From an uncultured Rivularia sp. (GTDB taxonomy: Bacteria; Cyanobacteriota; Cyanobacteriia; Cyanobacteriales; Nostocaceae), in the NCBI GenBank assembly GCA_963665115.1, contig OY762007.1, positions 4,320,001 to 4,384,000 on the forward strand: a DNA stretch of 64,000 bases, written 5' to 3'. A program made the translations under genes and the position numbers. Below the pieces are notes generated by a model. It was not told where the DNA came from, searched no databases, and was given only the letters and a program-made list of their open reading frames with translations. Shown in pieces: positions 59,557-64,000 of this stretch (position 1 is its first letter; each line of letters starts with the position of its first letter).

Positions 59557-60705
59557 ATGGTTAGTCGCATCGGTTACTGGTTTGAATCTCGTTTTAGTGC
59601 CCCTGCATATGGTGGTTTGGTTTTAGCGGGAATTGCAATTTGCTTTTTTGGGGCAGCTATGAATACTATGGCTGGCTGGTTGTATGTTATCAGCGGGTTG
59701 AGTTTTGCTTTGCTGGGTTATTCTGCTGTTTTATCCCCCAAGTCTCTGGGGGGTTTGGTACTTAAACGAAAGAATATTCAACCAGTTACTGCTGGAGACG
59801 ATTTAACTGTTGAATTGGAAATTTTCAATCAAACCAAGAAGCCGGTTTCTTTATTACAAGTAGAAGATAAATTACCTTTCATTTTAGATAAACCACGCTT
59901 ACAGCCCATTGAAACTATCTCGCCACAAACAACTTATAACTGGGTATATTATCAGCCTACCGAACGTAGAGGTATTTACCGTTGGCAGAATGTAGAATTA
60001 GCTACCGCCGCACCTCTCGGATTATTTTGGAGTCGCCGTCAACGTCAACTAAGCGCGATCGCAATTGTTTATCCGAAAGTCTTGCCGCTCAAATCTTGTC
60101 CTTTAGTAGACGATATGGGCAAGGAAGATAGCAGCAAAGGACAACCTCGCGGCAATCCCTTACAGACTGCTAGTCAAGGATTGACACGTTCCCTACGTCC
60201 CTATCGGATGGGCGATCCGTTGCGGTTGATTCACTGGCGTAGTAGCGCCCGTTATGGAGATTTACGAGTACGTGAATTGGAAATGATTACCAGCGGACAG
60301 GAAATTATTATTGCTTTAGATAATGGTGAGTGGGAAGAAAACAACTTTGAGCAAGCAGTAATTGCCGCAGCTTCAATGTACTTTTATTCACAAAAAAATT
60401 ATATGCAGGTGCAGTTATGGACGGCTGCTACAGGATTAATTAACAAAAAAAGAGATGTTCTCGAAGCCTTAGCGGCAATTCATCCCCAAGATGAAGTAAT
60501 TAAACCGCAGCCTACCGACAAACCTTTGATTTGGCTAACTCAAAATCCATCAACCTTTGCTTCTCTTCCTTACAGCAGTCGTTGGATGTTGTGGCAAAAT
60601 ATTTCTGACTCGCAGCCACAATTTGTGATTAATAGAGATACACCAGGTATTGTTATCGACTCCGAACAAACTTTGCAACCCCAGATGCAAAAACCATTGA
60701 ATTGA
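59557..60705 (+). CDS. DUF58-domain protein
   Basis: RRGIY, PLGLF, VYP, LRPYRMGDPLRLIHWRSSAR. Confidence 0.9.
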   Translation: MVSRIGYWFESRFSAPAYGGLVLAGIAICFFGAAMNTMAGWLYVISGLSFALLGYSAVLSPKSLGGLVLKRKNIQPVTAGDDLTVELEIFNQTKKPVSLLQVEDKLPFILDKPRLQPIETISPQTTYNWVYYQPTERRGIYRWQNVELATAAPLGLFWSRRQRQLSAIAIVYPKVLPLKSCPLVDDMGKEDSSKGQPRGNPLQTASQGLTRSLRPYRMGDPLRLIHWRSSARYGDLRVRELEMITSGQEIIIALDNGEWEENNFEQAVIAAASMYFYSQKNYMQVQLWTAATGLINKKRDVLEALAAIHPQDEVIKPQPTDKPLIWLTQNPSTFASLPYSSRWMLWQNISDSQPQFVINRDTPGIVIDSEQTLQPQMQKPLN

Positions 60706-60766
60706 CAAGAGCAAGGGGATAGGGATAGCGATATCTAAGAGGAGCATCCCAATTTTGAAAAATATA

Positions 60767-60824
60767 TCGTAGTGGAAGCATCTTGCTCCTATATGTATCG
60801 AGCGAGCAAGATGCTCGCACTACG
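60767..60824. repeat. REP-like hairpin, same family as the 57247-57626 arms
   Basis: TCGTAGTGGAAGCATCTTGCTC...GAGCAAGATGCTCGCACTACGA. Confidence 0.75.
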
Positions 60825-60933
60825 AAGTTGAAGATTCGCGATGCTTCCTATCTAAGTTTTATTTCCATAATCTACGGAGTTATGAACTACGTGTAGCCGT
60901 CTATGACTGAGCTACACGTTTCTGACGCTTCAT

Positions 60934-62194
60934 CTAAGCAACTTGCTTGAAGCTTCCGCACCAAGTAGAGGTTGACCCATCATCGTCTGTAGAGGCACGT
61001 TCCATACCCCTTGCGTAAGACAGCATTACCATTGCTGCGGCTACATCTCTACCACATCGATAGCTGCACTTCTCACAATGGTGTTCCCTTTGTGCTAACG
61101 TTTTCTTTTTCTGATGACCACAGTTAGGGCAAGTTTGGGAAGGTTTTACTTTCTTGGTTGGAACCTCAATATAAAATCCTCCGGCTTCGGTAACTTTATA
61201 TTTGATTAAATCCTTTAAGTTACCAATCCCAACGTCAAGAAGTGACCGATTTAAACCGGACTTTTGACGTTTATTTTTACCTTTTGACTTGCGAGTCATT
61301 CCTTTTAGGTTTAACTTTTCAGTCGCTACCAAGCTATTACAGCTAACTATTTGTGTAGAGACTTTGTGTTGCCAATCTTGTCTTTGACGAGCAACTTTTG
61401 AATGAATTTTGGCTATTGCTTTATTGACTTTCTTCCAACGTCGTGAAGCGCGGAATGCGCCCCGCTTTCCACTCTGAATGCATTCAGAGTGGGTCGGGGC
61501 TTTAACTTTTTTTCTAAAGTTAGGTGGACGTTTGCGGCGACTAGTTTTAGCAATTTTATTGAGTTTGGATTGAGCAGTCCTAACAAATCTAGGATTGTCT
61601 ACCACATCACCGCTAGAATCAGCGATTGCATGGTGAATACCAAAATCCAGTCCAATAGCGCCAGTATTGGTAGTTGGTCTAGTTGGAGCGCAATCAACGG
61701 TAATCGAGGCATACCATTTACCTTGTTTGAAAATAATTGTACAAGTTTTAGGTGTACCCCAATCACGCGCCTGACCGCGCATTTTAATATTACCTAAATT
61801 GCTAATTTTCAGATAACCATTTTTACCTTCAGTGCAAGCTTTCCAACCAGATTTACAAGGATAAGTCCACCCTTTATATCTGCGACTAGCTTTAAATTTT
61901 GGGTATCCAGATTTTAGTTTGAAAAACCGCTTAAAAGCAAAATAAACACGTTTTATTGTGTCTTGCAATGCATGGCTACCAAGTTCTTTATATTCTTCCC
62001 ATTCTTCTTTAAAGTCAGGTAAACAATTTTGTTGGTCATAATAACTAATTGATTTGCCAAACTTTTTATATGAAGTTTTGCGATGTTCTACGCAAGCGTT
62101 ATACAAATCTTTGTGTAATCTACGCTCTTTTGTGCATCTTATCGTTTTGAATTTTTGACGGGTAAAGTCTAAAAGTAATTCTTTTGGTAGCCAT
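60934..62194 (-). CDS. tnpB: RNA-guided endonuclease TnpB (+1 frameshift at about 62130; 51-bp insertion)
   Basis: MATKRITFRLYP start; GLDFG, TEKL, CPNCG..CEKC, RDVAAA. Confidence 0.9.
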
Positions 62195-62243
62195 AACAAT
62201 CGACCTGTATGTTACTTTAATATAGTAGCATATTGGTAGCATT

Positions 62244-62402
62244 ATGGTAAAAAAGATGAAGCAAATTAGTATAAGAATTTCGGATAGAGAACAAGAACAT
62301 ATATCTAGATTTTGCGAGATAACGGAAAGAACACAATCCGATGTTATTCGTGAAATCATAAGAAAATTGTCAATCAAAGGGACATTGAATCCCCTTGATT
62401 GA
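62244..62402 (+). CDS. CopG/ribbon-helix-helix protein
   Basis: KQISIRISDREQEHISRFCEITERTQSDVIREIIRKL (52 aa, manual read). Confidence 0.75.
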   Translation: MVKKMKQISIRISDREQEHISRFCEITERTQSDVIREIIRKLSIKGTLNPLD

Positions 62403-62695
62403 CGCGCTATCCTTCCCTAATCTCAGCGAAGCGGATTAGGGAAGGATAGCGCTATACGTTCAATATTTATAGAGACACTGGTGCAAGATATGGATTAACA
62501 ATATTAATGTTTCATACTCCCAACTTTCTACTTTCTACTTTTTACTCCCTACTCCCTTCTTTTCAAGGCATCAAATAACAATTGTAAATGTTTGTTAACT
62601 AATACCAAGTTTAAATTAAGGGTAAATTCCCCCAGTAATAGCTTACAGATGGTGCGGTACAATGCATACATATTAAATTAAACAAGCCGTTCCTT

Positions 62696-63061
62696 ATGAT
62701 TTCATCAGAAGCAAATACTACATCTACAGATAAAAATCTAGAAGCAATGCGGCATTTTTCGGAACAATACGCAAAGCGTACCGGAACTTACTTTTGCTCC
62801 GAACCTTCCGTGACTGCCGTTGTGATCGAAGGACTTGCCAAGCATAAAGATGATTTAGGTGCCCCTTTGTGTCCCTGTCGTCATTATGAAGACAAAGAAG
62901 CCGAAGTCAGCGCCACTTTTTGGAATTGCCCCTGCGTACCAATGCGCGAACGTAAGGAGTGTCACTGTATGCTGTTTTTAACTCCAGATAATGAATTTGC
63001 TGGGGAACAGCAGGAAATTTCTTTAGAAACGATTAAAGAAGTAAGAGATAGCATGGGTTAA
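62696..63061 (+). CDS. ftrC: Ferredoxin-thioredoxin reductase catalytic subunit
   Basis: CPCRH, CPCVPM, CHCMLF. Confidence 0.97.
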   Translation: MISSEANTTSTDKNLEAMRHFSEQYAKRTGTYFCSEPSVTAVVIEGLAKHKDDLGAPLCPCRHYEDKEAEVSATFWNCPCVPMRERKECHCMLFLTPDNEFAGEQQEISLETIKEVRDSMG

Positions 63062-63071
63062 TGCATCTCTT

Positions 63072-63461
63072 ATGAGTGAAACTATTCCCCCAGAATTTTG
63101 GCAAGGTGTAGAGTTGTTTAATACAGGACAATTCTACGCCTGCCACGATATATTAGAGGCTTTGTGGATGGAATCCACCGAGCCAGACAAAAGTTTTTAT
63201 CAAGGAATTTTACAAATTTCAGTAGCGCTATATCACTTGGGTAACGGTAATTTAAAGGGTGCGATAATTTTACTTGGTGAAGGTAGCAACCGTCTCGCTA
63301 GTTACCCATCTATATATAGTCAAGTTGATGTTGATCAATTATTAGAGCAAAGCATAGCTTTATTAAAAGCACTACAGCAAAAACAACTTGAACAAAGCGA
63401 TTCTTCTTCCTTTGAAGCAGATACTTTACCCCTGCCGAGAGTTGTGCGAGTTGAAGAGTGA
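63072..63461 (+). CDS. DUF309 protein
   Basis: FNTGQFYACHDILEALW, YQGILQ. Confidence 0.9.
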   Translation: MSETIPPEFWQGVELFNTGQFYACHDILEALWMESTEPDKSFYQGILQISVALYHLGNGNLKGAIILLGEGSNRLASYPSIYSQVDVDQLLEQSIALLKALQQKQLEQSDSSSFEADTLPLPRVVRVEE

Positions 63462-63742
63462 TATTGGGAATTGGGCATTGGGCATTGGGAATTGGGCATT
63501 GGGCATTGGGCATTGGGGAGATAAGGAGATGGAGAGACAATCAAAATTTGACCTTTAACCTTTAACCTTTAACCTTTAACCTTAATTACTGCTCACTGCT
63601 AAGCGAAACTTTGGGAGTTATTGAAGCGTCAGGTATTGTGGAGATTATTTGTAATCAAATAGTCAATAAGCTATCTATAACGTTTTTATATAGTACTTGA
63701 GATAATTAAAGTACGAGTCAAAATTATCACTCCTACACTGCT

Positions 63743-64000
63743 ATGACATACAACTACCGATTGCCTAAATTTCAATTGCGCCGCCTCGGTTTCGCTTTAA
63801 TGTTGCCGGTTGCACTATGTGGCGCGGTAGTTTTTCCTACTCAGCTACAAACTGCGATCGCACAGACGGCAGATAATGGTCCTCTCAGTATTCGTGCGGA
63901 TGTGCAAGAGTACAATTCCAATACTCAGGTTGTTACGGCGCGAGGTAACGTGCAGCTTTCATATCCCGCTCGTCAGATAAAAGCAACAGCATCCCAAGCT
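63743..64000 (+). CDS. LptA/OstA-family protein (runs off the window)
   Basis: Signal peptide, then LSIRADVQEYNSNTQVVTARGNVQLSYPARQIKATA. Confidence 0.8.
   Translation, partial: MTYNYRLPKFQLRRLGFALMLPVALCGAVVFPTQLQTAIAQTADNGPLSIRADVQEYNSNTQVVTARGNVQLSYPARQIKATASQA

Larger units (their letters stand above)
60883..62452 (-). mobile_element. IS200/IS605-family TnpB-only element with an RHH gene
   Basis: Right end is a hairpin followed by GTAGTTCA (minus strand); left end has a perfect 19-bp stem at 62404-62452; no tnpA. Confidence 0.75.

Noticed and set aside
63728..63738. Second Yfr1-like motif (CACTCCTACAC)
   Set aside because: One base missing and no flanking stems
1..64000. tRNA/rRNA genes
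   Set aside because: None recognised by eye; a covariance-model scan was not possible

Overview
AT-rich DNA from a heterocyst-forming cyanobacterium, inferred from frequent HIP1 (GCGATCGC), heptamer STRRs and the hup/hyp genes. The window splits at about 46,629, where hupS (minus strand) breaks off after FKTQ with no hupL downstream. Everything from <1 to about 46.6 kb therefore looks like a large (>46 kb) element inserted in hupS. Its cargo is: (i) an arsenic operon (arsR-pstS-acr3-arsH-arsC) with a decayed tandem duplicate; (ii) a dense copper island (RND adaptor, group-2 sigma factor, CopA/CopB, Met-rich protein, Csp3-like, DUF305, two P1B ATPases, CopZ, cupredoxin) linked by six CopR-type boxes and two MerR-type promoters; (iii) an unannotated Yfr1-like sRNA ahead of the sigma factor; (iv) a type III R-M pair; (v) a C5 methyltransferase encoded as two overlapping reading frames; (vi) a duplicated divergent HTH switch; (vii) a membrane/ATPase/cell-wall-enzyme operon that may mediate DNA transfer; and (viii) an IS630 inside a dcm pseudogene. 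Right of the junction is core chromosome: the extended hyp cluster (with a 29-bp tandem array inside a REP-like hairpin), DUF58, a TnpB/RHH IS605-type element, ftrC, DUF309 and lptA. Several +1 homopolymer frameshifts are probably sequencing errors.
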